A stretch of 64,000 nt of DNA from Eledone cirrhosa (Eukaryota). Position numbers and translations under genes: made by a program. Positions 27,031 to 40,460 of the stretch are shown piece by piece. Each line of letters opens with the position of its first letter. Position 1 is the stretch's first letter. The notes under the pieces are model-generated. The model did not search any database and was not told the origin of the DNA. It saw only the letters and a program-made list of their open reading frames with translations. The stretch spans positions 9,858,001 through 9,922,000 of the forward strand of contig OZ024747.1 in the NCBI GenBank assembly GCA_964016885.1, given 5' to 3'.

Positions 27031-27199
27031 TTGAGGGTGTTTTTGTCTAACACTCTTTCAATTCTGCCAGTCTCTCATCTAATCCATTGAAAATATATTT
27101 TTAGAACCAATAACATATTTGTCTTTCATTCTTCTGGGGCATGGTGGGAGGTTGATAAAGTGAAATACCAGACAGATACTGGGGAAAGGAAAGACATCC

Positions 27200-27445
27200 C
27201 CTCCCTATTTGCCTCTGGAATGTTCCTCTCCAGGGTACAAGCCCAAGCAAGGTGTCTTTGTGGAAGACCAACAGGCGTCCATTCTAGCCTCTCCTTCCAT
27301 ACCATTGTTGTTATCCAAGGGAAAGACAAAGGCCAATACAGTGAGTGAACTGGAACAACATGAAATAAAGTGTCTTGCTCAAGGACAACCTAGAAATCGA
27401 ACTGATGACCTTATGATTGTGAGCCCAACACTTTAACCACTACCA
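27200..27445 (-). mobile_element. Older SINE related to family A (shared head and core, different tail)
   Basis: GAAATAAAGTGTCTTGCTCAAGGACA core; tail similar to 51470-51740. Confidence 0.65.
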
Positions 27446-27908
27446 ACATCAGATACTGGAGTTGATATAATTGACTTATACTCCTCTCCCAAATTGTAGG
27501 TCTTTTACCTGAGTGAAAATATTGATAACATAGTTTTTCACACAACGAGGGTCGGATAAAAAGTACATAGTCTGACTAAGATACTCTCATGGAATTACCA
27601 AATGAGGATTATTTTCAATATAGTCCCTGGAAAGAAACAACACAGTAATTAATAAGAAAAGTTGAAATTAATGCATGCAAGATTTCACAGCTCTAGCATG
27701 ACCAAGATACTCTCATGGAATGACCAAGATACTCTCATGGAATGACCAAATGAGGTTTATTTTTCAACATACTCCTTCTCAGATAACCTATGAACCTTTC
27801 AGTTGACACTCACATCTTCAACTTTGAATATAGAGGGAAAAATATCCTTTAATAAATCCATGTATATTATATTCCAATCCCTTTGATCCCTGATCCTTGT
27901 CAGGTATC

Positions 27909-28799
27909 TTATTCCGGGATGTATGGAGGAATTCCCAGACCAGATTTGAGCTGGGAATCATTATTTCAGGATGTATGGAAGAATTATCAGACCAGATTTG
28001 AGCTGGGAATCATTATTCCGGGATGTATGGAGGAATTACCAGACCAGATTTGAGCTGGGAATCATTATTCCGGGATGTATGGAGGAATTACCAGACCAGA
28101 TTTGAGCTGGGAATCATTATTCCGGGATGTATGGAGGTATTACTAGATCAGTTTTGAACTGGGAATCATTATTCCGGGATGTATGGAGGTATTACTAGAC
28201 CAGATTTGAACTGGGAATCATTATTCCGGGATGTATGGAGGTATTACTAGATCAGATTTGAACTGGGAATCATTATTCCGGGATGTATGGAGGTATTACT
28301 AGACCAGATTTGAACTGGGAATCATTATTCCAGGATGTATGGAGGTATTACTAGACCAGATTTGAACTGGGAATCATTATTCCGGGATGTATGGAGGTAT
28401 TACTAGACCAGATTTGAGCTGGGAATCATTAGTTCGGGATGTATGGAGGTATTTCTAGACCAGATTTGAACTGGGAATCATTATTTCGGGATGTATGGAG
28501 GAATTATCAGACTAGATTTGAGCTGGGAATCATTAGTTTGGGATGTATGGAGGAATTATCAGACCAGATTTGAGCTGGGAATCATTATTCCGGGATGTAT
28601 GGAGGAATTACCAGACCAGATTTGAGCTGGGAATCATTATTTCGGGATGTATGGAGAAATTATCAGACTAGATTTGAGCTGGGAATCATTATTTCGGGAT
28701 GTATGGAGGTATTACTACACCAGATTTGAGCTGAGAATCATTATTTCGGGATGTATGGAGGTATTACTAGACCAGATTTGAGCTGAGAATCATTATTTC
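27909..28799. repeat. 52-bp minisatellite, ~17 copies
   Basis: Unit ATTCCGGGATGTATGGAGG(A/T)ATTAC(C/T)AGACCAGATTTGA(G/A)CTGGGAATCATT. Confidence 0.97.
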
Positions 28800-29484
28800 T
28801 GAACTGAAGCTAATAACTTGTGTATCAACTAATAATTATTATTTCTAAGTTTGGCAGAAGGCCACAACTTTTGTGTAAGTGGAGTTGTTCTCTATTGAAC
28901 CAACTCCATTACTTGATTGGTATATTTCTTAACGATACCCCCTCCATACACACACACCACCACCACTACCACCAACACCGCTGCCACAGTTACCACCACC
29001 ACCAACATTTTACCCCTCACCACAACCATCGCACCCAACACCACTACCATCACCACCACCATGAGCACCACAAACAACCCTTCCACTACCACCTCCAACA
29101 CCACCACAACCAACCCCACCAAACCCACCATCAACAATGCTGCCACCACCACCAGCAACCCCAGCACCACCATCAGTTAATACAGTAGTCATGGTAATAC
29201 AACTCTTCCAAAGTGTTCTTCGTTGTTATCTAATATCTTTCGTTTCCTTTCCTTTCCTTTGTTATCGTATTTTCCTCTAATACTCCACACAGCTTTAGAA
29301 CAGCGCAGTTGTTGTCCTCTTTCACCTTTAGAACAACAACTCTTTCTTACTCTTCTAGTTCTTTACCATCATCATCACTATCATCATCATAAACACCATC
29401 ATCACCATCATCACCATCATCTTCATTATTATTTTTAAAAATAAATAAATAAAAATTAAAAAATAAAACAAAAATATAAAGAAA

Positions 29485-29525
<41 letters not shown>

Positions 29526-29527
29526 TT

Positions 29528-29740
29528 GGATTGGCAGAATCAGTAAAGTGTCGGACACCACGCTTGCCAACATCGAGTTACGGCCCTTTACGTACCGAGT
29601 TCAAATCCGGCTGAGGTTAGCTTTACCATTCATTCTTACAAGGTCGATAAAATAAAGTACCAGTCATGCACTGGGGTCCATTTAATCGACTTTCCCCTAT
29701 CCCCAAATTACTGTCCTTGTACCTAGATCAGACACAATTA
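29528..29740 (+). mobile_element. SINE family B copy
   Basis: Homologous to the other B copies. Confidence 0.85.
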
Positions 29741-30172
29741 TTTATTATCTTTCAGCCTCATCATTCTCTACCTATTTGTTGGTGCCTCTTTATTTTAGTA
29801 TTTTAGTACCTTTCTCCCCCTCCCCCATGACCCCCCTCGCACTATGAACCTCCCCAGCCCCCTATGAACCCCCCCCCCCCCCTATCTCTCCATCTCCTGA
29901 TTTCCATTTTCCTAGAAATATGGCCAACAATAATTCTTCTCTACTTGGGACCATAACTACAAGATAAACACTTTCTTAGGTTGTGTTTAGTTGGGCTTTT
30001 TTGGTGTGTTTTATTGTTTTGTTGTTTGATAAGAAATAGCTTTCGGTTTAAGGTCGTTGCTATTGTTTGTTGTTGTTGTTGTTGTTGTTGCTGTTGAAGG
30101 AACAACATCCACTGTTGTTGACTGTTTTAAACTCTTACACAAGGGTACATAAATGTGTATATATATAACAAA

Positions 30173-30548
30173 ATCCCACAGGGACTCCCACAGGAACACT
30201 GAGTGCAGTGTCAACTCTGGATGTCGGTGAGCATATCCAGCTAACCTCAGTCTCCTCTCTGTCACTTTTGAGCTGACTTTTGAGCTGACTTTTGGGAGGC
30301 TCCCATACAGCTCTGAGTTTTTCATCCTCAGTGTATACTGATTAATGTTCAGAGCCATCCTCAGCATTCTCGTGTAGCACCCATCCACCATCTGAGGAAG
30401 ACCAAGGTTAACGTATGTTGATGCCCTAAGGACAGACACTGGTCTGCTGGAGATGCAGGGCATGGCAGCGATAATGAGGGACAGAGACCGCTGGAGAGAA
30501 CTCGTCCATGGATCTCAGGAATTTAATCCACCCTAGATAGATAGATAG
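30173..30548 (+). mobile_element. RTE/RTEX-like LINE 3' insertion with 5' inversion and TSD
   Basis: Minus strand about 30180-30392 encodes VDGCYTRMLRMALN...ERRLRLAG..HRHPEL...LWE. Plus strand 30396-30536 encodes GRPRLTYVDALRTDTGL...DRDRWR followed by (TAGA)n. TSD ATATAACAAA at 30163-30172 and 30549-30558. Confidence 0.82.
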
Positions 30549-30566
30549 ATATAACAAATCATCCTT

Positions 30567-30747
30567 TTGGCAGTATCGGTAGAGGGTCGGACGCCATGCT
30601 TTGACGCATAGAGTTACGGCCCTTGCCATTCTGAGTTCAAATCCCGCCGAGGTTAACTTTGCCTTTCATCCTTACGGGGTCGATAAAATAAAGTACCAGT
30701 AATGTACTGGGTAATTGCTGGCCTTGTGCCAAAAGTAGAAACAATTC
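30567..30747 (+). mobile_element. SINE family B copy
   Basis: Near-identical to 45738-45918. Confidence 0.9.
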
Positions 30748-30765
30748 TTATTATATATATATATA

Positions 30766-30931
30766 AGACCACGAAAAACATGGGTGAAGGTCGTGAGAGC
30801 TGATCTCAGATCGCTGAAGCTCATGGAGGAGATGATGAAGGCCTGTGATGAATGGAGAGATGCTGTGCTGAATAGGATCCGTCCAACCCTTGCAAGCAGG
30901 AAAAAGTGGATGTAAAATGATGAAGATGATG
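30766..30931 (+). mobile_element. RTE LINE extreme 3' end (candidate partner of SINE A)
   Basis: RPRKTWVKVVRADLRSLKL...WRDAV; tail CCCTTGCAAGCAGGAAAAAGTGGATGTAAAATGATG matches the SINE A tail. Confidence 0.82.
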
Positions 30932-31100
30932 TTATATTGGAAAGAAACAATGCAGTTATTAATAAGAGTTGAAATTAATACATGCAAGATATCAAGATAT
31001 CACAGCTCTAACATCACTCCTTCATAGTCAGTCTATAAACTGTGCAGCCGTCCTTCATATATTTGCTAAGCTACACACATGAGTTATAGCTTCTTCATTT

Positions 31101-31443
31101 CATCATCATCATCATTTCATTTTACGTCCGCTTTTTCCTTGCTTGCAAGGGTGGGACGGGAACTGATTCTGGCTTGATTTCTACAGCTGGATGCCCTTCC
31201 TAACACCAACCTCATTTACAGTGAGTGCTGGGTGCTTTTTTGCCGTGGCACCTCCACGACCACTTTGCAGTGGAATGATATGGATCCCAGTCCCTATCAT
31301 CTCATTTCTACAGCTGAGTAAACTGGAGCAATGTGAAATAAAGTGTCTTGCTCAAGGAAACAACACATCACCCGGTCTGAGAATTGAACTCACAACCTTT
31401 CGATTGCAAGGCCAATGCTCTAACCACTAAACCATGTACCTCC
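31101..31443 (-). mobile_element. SINE family A, copy 4
   Basis: Near-identical to the other A copies. Confidence 0.9.
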
Positions 31444-31841
31444 ATATCCTCATCATGTACCTCCATGTACCTCTTCATAAATAAACTATATTTCTCTTTA
31501 CATTGTAGACTGATGTAAAGAAACCATTGGTCACCTTTTCTAGAGATTTGGCTGCTTTTCTGAATCATTCACAATGTTTTCACTACAGAGGGAAGTAGTA
31601 TATCTCTTCTTCAGCCACACCCTTATGTAACTTTATCTCTCCCCCTCTCTCTGCCCCTCTCTCTCTCCCCCTCTCTGTCATATATATATTAGCTGTTCTT
31701 TTATTGTTATAGTTAGTAATATTTTGATAGTGGTGAGGTTAGTGGTTTGTTGTTGTTGTTGTTGGTGGTGTTATTGGCAATGGTCATAAATATTCTTTTA
31801 GCTTTCCTCTCAATATATATATGTGTGTGTGTGTGATATGT

Positions 31842-31878
<37 letters not shown>

Positions 31879-31906
31879 TGTATATATATATATATATATA
31901 TATACA

Positions 31907-31944
<38 letters not shown>

Positions 31945-32425
31945 TATGTATACATATATGTATACATATATGTATATATATATATACACACACATATATA
32001 TATACATATATATATATATACATATATATAAATATATATATAAATATATATATATAAATATATATATATAAATATATATACATATATATATAAATATATA
32101 TATATAAATATATATATATACACATATATACATATATATATATAAATATATACATATATATATATAAATATATATATATACATATATATATATAAATATA
32201 TATATATAAATATATAAATATATACATATATATATATAAATATATATATATACATATATATATATAAATATATATATATAAATATATATATATATAAATA
32301 CATATATATATATAAATATAAATATATATATAAATACATATATATATATAAATATATATATATATAAATACATATATATATATATATATATAAATATATA
32401 TATATATAAATATATATATATATAA

Positions 32426-32462
<37 letters not shown>

Positions 32463-32471
32463 CATATATAT

Positions 32472-32818
32472 GGAGGCACATGGCTTAGTGGTTAGAGCAT
32501 TGGCCTTGCAATCGAAAGGTTGTGAGTTCAATTCTCAGACCGGGTGATGTGTTGTTTCCTTGAGCAAGACACTTTATTTCACATTGCTCCAGTTTACTCA
32601 GCTGTAAAAATGAGATGATAGGGACTGGGGTCCATATCATTCCACTGCAAAGTGGTCGTGGAGGTGCCACGGCAAAAAAGCACCCAGCACTCACTGTAAA
32701 TGAGGTTGGTGTTAGGAAGGGCATCCAGCTGTAGAAATCAAGCCAGAATCAGTTCCCGTCCCACCCTTGCAAGCAGGGAAAAAGCGGACGTAAAATGAAA
32801 TGATGATGATGATGATGA
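32472..32818 (+). mobile_element. SINE family A, copy 5
   Basis: Near-identical to the other A copies; embedded in (TA)n-rich DNA. Confidence 0.9.
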
Positions 32819-33250
32819 TATATATATATATATATATAAATACATATATATATATATATATAAATACATATATATATATAAATATATATATATATAAATA
32901 CATATATATATATATATATAAATATATATAAATATAAATATATATATATATAAATACATATATATATATATATATAAATATATATAAATACATATATATA
33001 TATATATAAATATATATATATATAATTAAAAAACGGAGTTATATATATATTTATATGTAAGTGTGTGTGTGTAAATATATATATATATTTATATATTTAT
33101 ATGTATATATTTGCCACCACTCTCACACCAAGTACTTCCAAGAAACTTACTCATATAAATAATTGATATAAAAAAGCATTACTCATAAGGAAGCTGAATA
33201 TTATTATCATTATTGTTGTTGTTCTTGTTGTTGTTGCTGCTGTTGCTGTA

Positions 33251-33285
<35 letters not shown>

Positions 33286-33698
33286 ACTTGACCTTTAGAC
33301 ACAAAGAGAAAGAATTTTTTTGTTTGTTGTTTTATTTTGTTTGAGAATGAGATATTGTGGATGGTGCTGTGGAGTATGTCTAGGTTGCCTGTTATTACCT
33401 CTTGGTTGTTGTTTCTGAAGTGATCTTAGTTGAGAAACAGAGATAGTGGTGGTTATAGTGTAGTGAGGGGGTGGCGGGGGAGGTTAGGAATGGTGTAGAT
33501 ATGGACGTGGGGGAGGGAAGGATCACTTCTTCTCCAGAAATGAAGAGTTTGTGTGGGGGAAGGGCTGAGGAATGTTACTAATGTTCTGTATGGAGAGGCA
33601 TCTTAGAATATAATGGTAAAAGTAGGTGTTCAGAAGGTGGCAGAGTGGATGAGGAGGGTTGAAAGGATATATGAAACCTCAGGTTCTGCCTGTGCTAA

Positions 33699-33918
33699 CC
33701 CTTTAGCATTTAAACCGGCCATATCCAGCCAGAATTCTCTCACCTCTTAGGCTCAAACCGGTCATAATTGGCTGCTCATACTGACGTTAAGGTATTGTTC
33801 TCAAAATAAATGACAACAAAATCTCATATATTTGATATTATGTGAGATAATTATGCGAGATAAAGCCATTTCTGTAAAAATACAATAGTAAATATATAGT
33901 AATGTGAATGCTAAAGGG
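33699..33918. mobile_element. piggyBac-type MITE
   Basis: TIR CCCTTTAGCATT / AATGCTAAAGGG; flanks CTAA / TTAA. Confidence 0.8.
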
Positions 33919-34466
33919 TTAATTTGCTGGGGTATGAGTTCAGGGGTTCAAATACTACTGTGGTTATGGTTTGTATTACATTCATTCCTTGGACAAGACA
34001 TTTTATTCTACCTAGCTCAATAAATACCACAATAAGTACCACAAATGTCACCATATGCCCCTCTCTAAGTCCTGTAAAGTTTTCTGGCAATGTTTGCTAT
34101 ATTGATGGAACTTCCCTACCTCTATGAATGTGTGTGGTTTAATAGTTATAGTTTTTATCTTACAATAATAGGACTATGGTACACTGTCTTGAGCAAGCCT
34201 CTTCACTTCCCATTGCTCCAGTTCACTCAACAGAAAATGTGTACCAGTGGCATCTTGATGTTAGTCCTGCAATGGACTAACAACCCATCCAGGGGTTGTA
34301 TTAAACTTTTAATATCCTTATGAAACTGGGATCAGCTTTGCCCTTCTTCCAACCTGTGCAAGCATGAAAGAATTCATATAAAAACGATGACTCTCTCTGT
34401 ATGTATATATATATATATATATATATATAGGAATGAAAAATGGTGTGCTGCATTGTTGTGAAGAAT

Positions 34467-34504
<38 letters not shown>

Positions 34505-34549
34505 TATATATAGGAATGAAAAATGGTGTGCTGCATTGTTGTGAAGAAT

Positions 34550-34586
<37 letters not shown>

Positions 34587-34919
34587 ATATATAGGAATGA
34601 AAAATGGCGTGCTGCATTGTTGCCAATGTGATATATATATATATATATATATATCAGCTCTATTTCACAATATTTCTTAATGGTATGTCACAGTTCATTG
34701 CTTCATCTCCTCAGTACTTCACCTTCTCTCCACAATGACTGCCATTACTTCCAATTTCTAAGAATTGAATCAACGTTCCCACACATTGCCATCCCTGATC
34801 AATGCCCAATCAATTCCCAATCAATATCCAATCAATCCCTCCTCCCTTTCACATTCCCAAGCATCTTTCTGTTGATGTATGGCTAAAGTCTTGTGTGTTC
34901 TATGATACCAGTAGATAGC

Positions 34920-35345
34920 CAACCAATCATATGCTACCATCTACCAGCCATCCAATTGTTCAACCAATCATATGCTACCATCTACCAGCCATCCAATTGT
35001 TCAACCAATCATATGCTACCATCTACCAGCCATCCAATTGTTCAACCAATCATATGCTACCATCTACCAGCCATCCAATTGTTCAACCAATCATATGATA
35101 CCATCTACAAGCCATCTATTGATATATACCACTGATCACTTATTGATACACACCACTGATCACTTATTGATACATACCACTGATCACTTATTGATACATA
35201 CCACTGATCACTTATTGATATATACCACTGATCACTTATTGATACACTCCACTGATCACCTATCCATAGGTGTTCACCTATCCATAGGTGACCACTTATT
35301 GATACATACCACTGATCACCTATTGATCCATACCATTGTACAATT
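34920..35345. repeat. Adjacent 41-bp (~4.5x) and 24-bp minisatellites
   Basis: Units CAACCAATCATATGCTACCATCTACCAGCCATCCAATTGTT and TATTGATACATACCACTGATCACT. Confidence 0.93.
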
Positions 35346-35592
35346 ATTGATACATAACCCTCCTCTGATCACAGAGTCAACCAGTTAACTTTATTACGTT
35401 TATATAAAGATAAGTGATTGAGATAAAATGTATGAAATATGTTATTGACCTTGCAAAAACATAAAACAGGATATTGGAAATAAAATGAGAATATTGATCT
35501 TTATAGAACAGTAAGTTTGATGATGATGTTAGAAAAAAATCTAATGGCGCAATAAAGTGAAAATCTATAATTTATATAATCAGTTTCCTTTA

Positions 35593-35951
35593 CCCTTTAG
35601 CATTTATATTGGCCATATCCGGCCAGAATTCTTTCACCTCTTTCTGTTTAAACCAGCCGTAACCGGCCAGAATTCTCTCACCTCTTTCTATGCAAACCAG
35701 CCGTAACTGGTCAGAATTTCTACACCTCTTTATCTTAATGTTCAAACCAGCCATATCCGGTCAGAAATCTCTCACCTTTTTCTGCTCAAACTGGCTGTAA
35801 CTGGCTGCACATACTTATGTTAAGGTATTGTTCTCAAAATAAATAATATCAAAATCTCATAGATTTGTTAATATGTGAGATAATTATGTCAAATAAAGTC
35901 TTTACCATGAAAATACAATAGTATATATGGAGTAATGTAAATGCTAAAGGG
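35593..35951. mobile_element. piggyBac-type MITE with amplified subterminal repeat
   Basis: Same TIRs, TTAA on the right; a ~45-55 bp unit CCGGCCAGAATTCTCTCACCTC is repeated four times. Confidence 0.8.
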
Positions 35952-36219
35952 TTAAAAATAGACATCATGTATTTTAGTAGTGAATATAACCAATTATCAG
36001 CTTCTAGCACAAATTATTGAGTTGTTTGTATCCCACTACAGATTTATATGATGTCTATGTTTATAGAGTCTATATCATAATCTTCTCCATTGTTGTTGTT
36101 TTTACATCCACATCATCATTATCAGTATATGTAAGTGTAAAGAAAGTGCTCAAAAGATAGCTTATAAAATAGGGTGAAGACCCTTAAAAGATGGAAAAAG
36201 AAGTTACCATTGGGCCAAT

Positions 36220-36415
36220 GGTACAAAGCCAGCGATCTTTTTTGGAGGTGAGAGGAAAGTCAGTTATATTGATCCCAGTGTGTTACTGGTACTTTATTTT
36301 ATCGACCCCGTAAGGATGAAAGGCAAAGTCAACCTCAGCGGGATTTGAACTCAGTTCGTAAAGGGACGTAACTGTGCTGCAAAGCATGGCGTCCGACCCT
36401 CTACCGATACTGCCA
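36220..36415 (-). mobile_element. SINE family B copy
   Basis: Homologous to the other B copies. Confidence 0.87.
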
Positions 36416-36524
36416 GTTCAAATAACTAGACATGTTACGTTATGTTGTGTCATTTCTATCCAGATGTTAAGCCATACTTGTACTACATATGTTAAGGTAT
36501 CACATAAAACTGTGCTTCTATTGT

Positions 36525-38985
36525 TGGTGGTGGTGTGTAGTGTGTGGTGGTGGTGGTGTGTAGTGTGTGGTGGTGGTGGAGGTGGTGTGTGGTGGTGGTG
36601 GTGTTGTTGGCGGTGTGTGGTGGTGGTGGTGGTGGTGCTGGCAGTGTGTGGTGGTGGTGTCGTTGGCGGTGTGTGGTGGTGGTGGTGGTGTTGGCAGTGT
36701 GTGGTGTTGGTGTGTGGTGGTGGTGTTGGCGGTGGTGTTGGTAGTGTGTGGTGGTGGTGTGTAGTGTGTGGTGGTGGTGGTGTGTGGTGGTGGTGGTGTG
36801 TGGTGGTGGTGTTGTTGGTGGTGTGTGGTGGTGGTGGTGGTGGTGTTGGCAGTGTGTGGTGGTGGTGTTGTTGGCGGTGTGTGGTGGTGGTGGTGGTGTT
36901 GGCAGTGTGTGGTGTTGGTGTGTGGTGGTGGTGTTGGCGGTGGTGTTGGTAGTGTGTGGTGGTGGTGTGTAGTGTGTGGTGGTGGTGGTGTGTGGTGGTG
37001 GTGGTGTGTGGTGTTGGTGGTGTGTGGTGGTGGTGTTGTTGGCGGTGTGTGGTGGTGGTGTGTAGTGTGTGGTGGTGGTGGTGTGTGGTGGTGGTGGTGT
37101 GTGGTGTTGGCAGTGTGTGGTGGTGGTGTTGTTGGCGGTGTGTGGTGGTGGTGGTGGTGTTGGCAGTGTGTGGTGTTGGTGTGTGGTGGTGGTGTTGGCG
37201 GTGGTGTTGGTAGTGTGTGGTGGTGGTGGTGTGTGGTGGTGGTGTTGGCGGTGTGTGGTGGTGGTGGTGTGTGGTGTTGGTGGTGTGTGGTGTTCGTGGT
37301 GGTGGTGGTGTGTGGTGTTCGTGGTGGTGGTGGTGTGTGGTGGTGGTGGTGTTGGCGGTGGTGGTGTTGGCGGCGGTGTTGGTGGTGTGTGGTGGTAGTG
37401 GTGGTGGTGTGTGGTGGTGGTGTTGGTGGTGTGTGGTGGTGGTGTTGGCGGTGGTGTTGGTGGTGTGTGGTGGTGGTGGTGTGTGGTGGTGGTGTTGGCG
37501 GTGGTGGTGCTGTCTGAGGTAGTGGTGGTATCTGTGATGGTGGTGGTAGTGGTGTCTGTGGTAGTGGTGGGATCTGTGGTAGTGGTAGTGGTGGAGATGG
37601 CTGTGGTGGTGGTGGTAGTGGTGTATGTGGTAGTGGTGGGATCTGTAGTAGTGGTAGTGGTGGTGGTGGTAGTGGTGTCTGTGGTAGTGGTGGGATCTGT
37701 GGTAGTGGTGGTGGTGGAGAAGGCTGTGGTGGTGGTGGTAGTGGTGTCTGTGGTAGTGGTAGTGGTGGAGATGGCTGTGGTGGTGGTGGTAGTGGTGTAT
37801 GTGGTAGTGGTGGGATCTGTAGTAGTGGTAGTGGTGGTGGTGGTAGTGGTGTCTGTGGTAGTGGTGGGATCTGTGGTAGTGGTGGTGGTGGAGAAGGCTG
37901 TGGTGGTGGTGGTAGTGGTGTCTGTGGTAGTGGTAGTGGTGGAGATGGCTGTGGTGGTGGTGGTAGTGGTGTATGTGGTAGTGGTGGGATCTGTAGTAGT
38001 GGTAGTGGTGGTGGTGGTAGTGGTGTCTGTGGTAGTGGTGGGATCTGTGGTAGTGGTGGTGGTGGAGAAGGCTGTGGTGGTGGTGGTAGTGGTGTCTGTG
38101 GTAGTGGTAGTGGTGGAGATGGCTGTGGTGGTGGTGGTAGTGGTGTCTGTGGTAGTGGTGGGATCTGTGGTAGTGGTAGTGGTGGTGGTGGAGATGGCTG
38201 TGGTGGTGGTGGTAGTGGTGTCTGTGGTAGTGGTGGGATCCGTGGTAGTGGTGGTGGTGGAGATGGCTGTGGTGGTGGTGGTAGTGGTGTCTGTGGTAGT
38301 GGTAGTGGTGGAGATGGCTGTGGTGGTGGTGGTAGTGGTGTCTGTGGTAGTGGTGGGATCCGTGGTAGTGGTAGTGGTGGTGGTGGAGATGGCTGTGGTG
38401 GTGGTGGTAGTGGTGTCTGTGGTAGTGGTGGGATCCGTGGTAGTGGTAGTGGTGGTGGTGGAGATGGCTGTGGTGGTGGTGGTAGTGGTGTCTGTGGTAG
38501 TGGTAGTGGTGGAGATGGCTGTGGTGGTGGTGGTAGTGGTGTCTGTGGTAGTGGTGGGATCCGTGGTAGTGGTAGTGGTGGTGGTGGAGATGGCTGTGGT
38601 GGTGGTAGTGGTGGGATCTGTGGTAGTGGTAGTGGTGGTGGTGGAGATGGCTGTGGTGGTGGTGGTAGTGGTGTCTGTGGTAGTGGTGGGATCTGTGGTA
38701 GTGGTAGTGGTGGTGGTGGAGATGGCTGTGGTGGTGGTGGTAGTGGTGTCTGTGGTAGTGGTGGGATCTGTGGTAGTGGTAGTGGTGGTGGTGGAGATGG
38801 CTGTGGTGGTGGTGGTAGTGGTGTCTGTGGTAGTGGTGGTGGTGGAGATGGCTGTGGTGGTGGTGGTAGTGGTGTCTGTGGTAGTGGTGGGATCTGTGGT
38901 AGTGGTAGTGGTGGTGGTGGAGATGGCTGTGGTGGTGGTGGTAGTGGTGGTGGTATGTGAGGTACTGGTGGTGGTGGTGGTGAAA
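36525..38985. repeat. GGT/GTG-based low-complexity array with higher-order units
   Basis: Seen directly; sub-units GGATCT, GAGATGGCT and GTGTCT recur in 37510-38940. Confidence 0.95.
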
Positions 38986-39109
38986 GTGTTCACTATTTAC
39001 TTTGGAATAACTACCGACTGTTCACCACCGTTTGTTATATTTCCAGTTGTTTGTCACCGTACTTGGACATTTGCCCAATATTTTGTTTATATTTAGGGAA
39101 CCACCATAT

Positions 39110-39440
39110 TGTCTTCTTCTTCTTCTCCTCCTCCTTCTTCTTCTTCTCCTCCTCCTTCTTCTTCTTCTTCACCTCCTCCTCCTCCACCTCCTTCTTCTTC
39201 ATTTTCTTCTCCTTCTCTGTCTTCTTTTTCTTTTCTTCTTCTTTTTCTTCTTCTTGTTCTTCTCATTCTTCTTTTTCTCTTTCTTTTTCTCTTTCTTTTT
39301 CTCTTTCTTTTTCTCTTTCTTTTTCTCTTTCTTTTTCTCTTTCTTTTTCTCTTTCTTTTTCTCTTTCTTTTTCTCTTTCTTTTTCTCTTTCTTTTCTCCT
39401 TTTTCTTCTCCTTTTTCTTCTTTTCCTTCTTCCTCCTCCC
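39110..39440. repeat. (CTT)n / (TTTTTCTCTTTC)n polypyrimidine repeat
   Basis: Seen directly in the sequence. Confidence 0.92.
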
Positions 39441-39622
39441 CTTTATGTTGTCTTACTCTAAATATTTCTTTTTTTGTTTTGTTCTGCTTTGTTTCACACG
39501 GTACCCCCCCCCCTCCCCCCCTCAAACCACCCCCTCTCACCACCAAGCTATGAATGTTTAAGGAATTATGATTGCCTAGGTTATTGTTGTTGTTGTTATT
39601 GTGGTGATGGTTGACTGAACAC

Positions 39623-39692
<70 letters not shown>

Positions 39693-40189
39693 TCTTTTAG
39701 TGGTTTCAGTCATAGTATCGTGGCCATGCTGGAGCACCACTTTTAAATGATATCTCGGTCAATCATATCAATCTCAGCACTAATTTCATTCTGGGACTTA
39801 TTATATTGATCTATATTATATTGATCTATATATATTGAGCTATATTTATCAATCTATATTTATAGAACTGTAGAGTTATGCTTTTCAACACAACACTGCT
39901 TTTACACAGGTAAATATATATAGACACATCAACACAGACATACAAGTGCCTACACACACACATGTACACACATATACATGGACACACATGCATATGCACA
40001 CACATACATGCACACACAAACGGACATACATATATACACACAAAAACATAAATACTTTGGACACCATACTTTCACCTAGTCTTTATTTTAACAGTTATTT
40101 GTTACTTTATTATAATCCACCATTGTAAGTAACCAACTGTGTTTCAGATTATCTATCCTCATCCTTAACTGAAGATAGTTATTAGCAAA

Positions 40190-40460
40190 TCTTTAGAGAG
40201 TTCTCCTCTCAGGGGAGACCACAACTGCCTGGGAAACTGTCACAATATCCTTGGCTGAAGGTAGGTGCTGGCAAGTATTTAGTGTCCCCCCTCTCAGGGG
40301 AGACCACAACTGCCTGGGAAACTGTCACAATCTCCTTGGCTGAAGGTAGGTACTGGCAAGTCTTTAGAGAGTTCCCCCTCTCAGGGGAGACCACAACTGT
40401 CTAGAAAACTGTCACAATCTCCTGGGCTGAAGGTAGGTGCTAGCAAGTCTTCAGACAGTT
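40190..40460. repeat. ~86-bp tandem repeat, 3 copies
   Basis: Unit CTCTCAGGGGAGACCACAACTGCCTGGGAAACTGTCACAAT.TCCTTGGCTGAAGGTAGGT.CTGGCAAGT. Confidence 0.92.

Noticed and set aside
27909-28799. CRISPR or retrozyme array
   Set aside because: No spacers, and no CTGANGA/GAAA hammerhead core in the unit on either strand.
36492-39096. 833-aa Thr-rich mucin-like ORF and 561-aa poly-Val ORF
   Set aside because: Both strands are open because of the GGT-type repeat; there is no signal peptide or domain, and no splice evidence.
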